The notes beneath the pieces are model-generated. The model was not told where the DNA came from. It worked only from the letters and a program-made list of their open reading frames with translations, and ran no database searches. Position numbers and translations under genes: made by a program. This document shows positions 21,717 to 22,778 of a stretch of 22,778 nt of DNA, piece after piece. Numbering within the stretch: position 1 is the first letter of the stretch; every line of letters begins with the position of its first letter. The stretch comes from Vicugna vicugna (lineage: Eukaryota), in contig MU058384.1 of assembly GCA_013265495.1 (NCBI GenBank), positions 6,320,792-6,343,569 of the forward strand, read 5' to 3'.

Positions 21717-22113
21717 TCCTTTTAACTTGGCCCTCACCCTGATTCCTAGGGCTACAAAGAGTTCGTCTCATTCCTCTTTTTAAGACTGGCTTCCATTCAG
21801 GCAACCAAAGGAAAGGGGAGGTGTAAGACCTGAGCAAATCTGGCCAGGGTCTCAGGGAAGTCTCTGCTTGGTGACCATATGGCTGCCCAGTATCCTGGGG
21901 CACTGAGGAGTCTCCACTGAATGTGGTCCAGTGTCCTGGTCCACCCACTGTCCTGTCAGATGGGTGTAAGCCTGGTTAGAGGCCAGCACCCAACTTGGAC
22001 AGATCTGTCAGGGACTGACAGACTGTCCATAAGAGAGCACAGCTACACACCTGGAGTGGAGAGTAAACTGGGACTGCAATTAACTACTTATAGCCATTGA
22101 AGGTGACATTTTC

Positions 22114-22365
22114 CAAAGGTACAAACTTTCAGTTATAAGACTAATAACTTCTGGGGAGCTAATGTACACATGATGACTACAGTTAAGCATGGGTCATTAT
22201 ATGCTTGAAAGTTGCAAAGAGAGTAAATCTTAAATGTTCTCACCACACACACACAAAGTAAATCTGTGAGGCTATGGATATGTTAACTAACCTTACTGTC
22301 ATAATCACTTTGTAATATATATGTGTATCAAATTATCACATTTTGTACACTTTAAACCTACACAA
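22114..22365 (+). mobile_element. L1MA-like 3' UTR fragment
   Basis: CAAAGGTACAAACTTTCAGTTATAAGA...TTGAAAGTTGCAAAGAGAGTAAATCTTAAATGTTCTCACCAC...GGATATGTTAACTAACCTT...TTGTACACTTTAAAC. Confidence 0.9.
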
Positions 22366-22778
22366 CATCACACCAACAAGAGAAAGGACAAAAACCACAT
22401 GATCATCTCAATCGATGCAGAAAAAGCATTTGATAAAATTCAACACCCATTTATGATTAAAAACTCTCGCCAAAGTGGGTATAGAGGGAACATATCTCAA
22501 CATAATAAAAGCTATATATGACAAACCTAGAGCCAGCAAAGTGCTCAACGGTGAAAAACTCAAAAGCTTCCCACTAAAATCTGGGACAAGACAAGGATGC
22601 CCACTATCACCACTCCTATTCAACATAGTCCTGGAAGTCCTAGCCACAGCAGTCAGGCAAGAGAAAGAAATAAAAGGGATCCAAATTGGAAAAGAAGAGG
22701 TAAAAGTGTCATTATATGCTGATGACATGTTACTATATATAGAAAACCCTAAAAGGTCCACACAAAAGCTACTAGAGC
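22366..22778 (+). mobile_element. Young L1 ORF2 reverse-transcriptase segment, 5'-truncated, frameshifted, continues past the window end
   Basis: [32 protein letters not shown], +1 frameshift near 22458, then [22 protein letters not shown]...[22 protein letters not shown]...[14 protein letters not shown] at 22715-22726. Confidence 0.97.

Noticed and set aside
22408..22761. 117-aa minus-strand ORF
   Set aside because: Antisense of L1 ORF2.

Overview
AT-rich mammalian genomic DNA, most likely camelid (alpaca/llama/camel), judged from a tRNA-derived Vic-1-type SINE at ~2.4-2.5 kb. I recognise no intact protein-coding gene, rRNA, functional tRNA or CRISPR array. Roughly half the window is layered transposon debris: an MLT1A-like solo LTR, several hAT DNA-transposon fossils, many L2/MIR/CR1 fragments, old L1M pieces, and two younger L1 insertions, one carrying the RT YADD region and running off the right edge. 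Most ORFs in the supplied track are repeat-derived or chance. The most unusual part is the largely non-repeat block at ~12.4-15.75 kb. It has a CCAAT box, a CpG-enriched segment and canonical splice signals outlining a possible + strand spliced transcript. That transcript would carry a ~101-aa ORF with an internal K-x-N-x6-YCHT repeat, and has a perfect 22-bp tandem duplication upstream. I cannot assign it to a known family, so it is a hypothesis to test, not an established gene. Repeat subfamily names are from memory of consensus sequences and boundaries are approximate.
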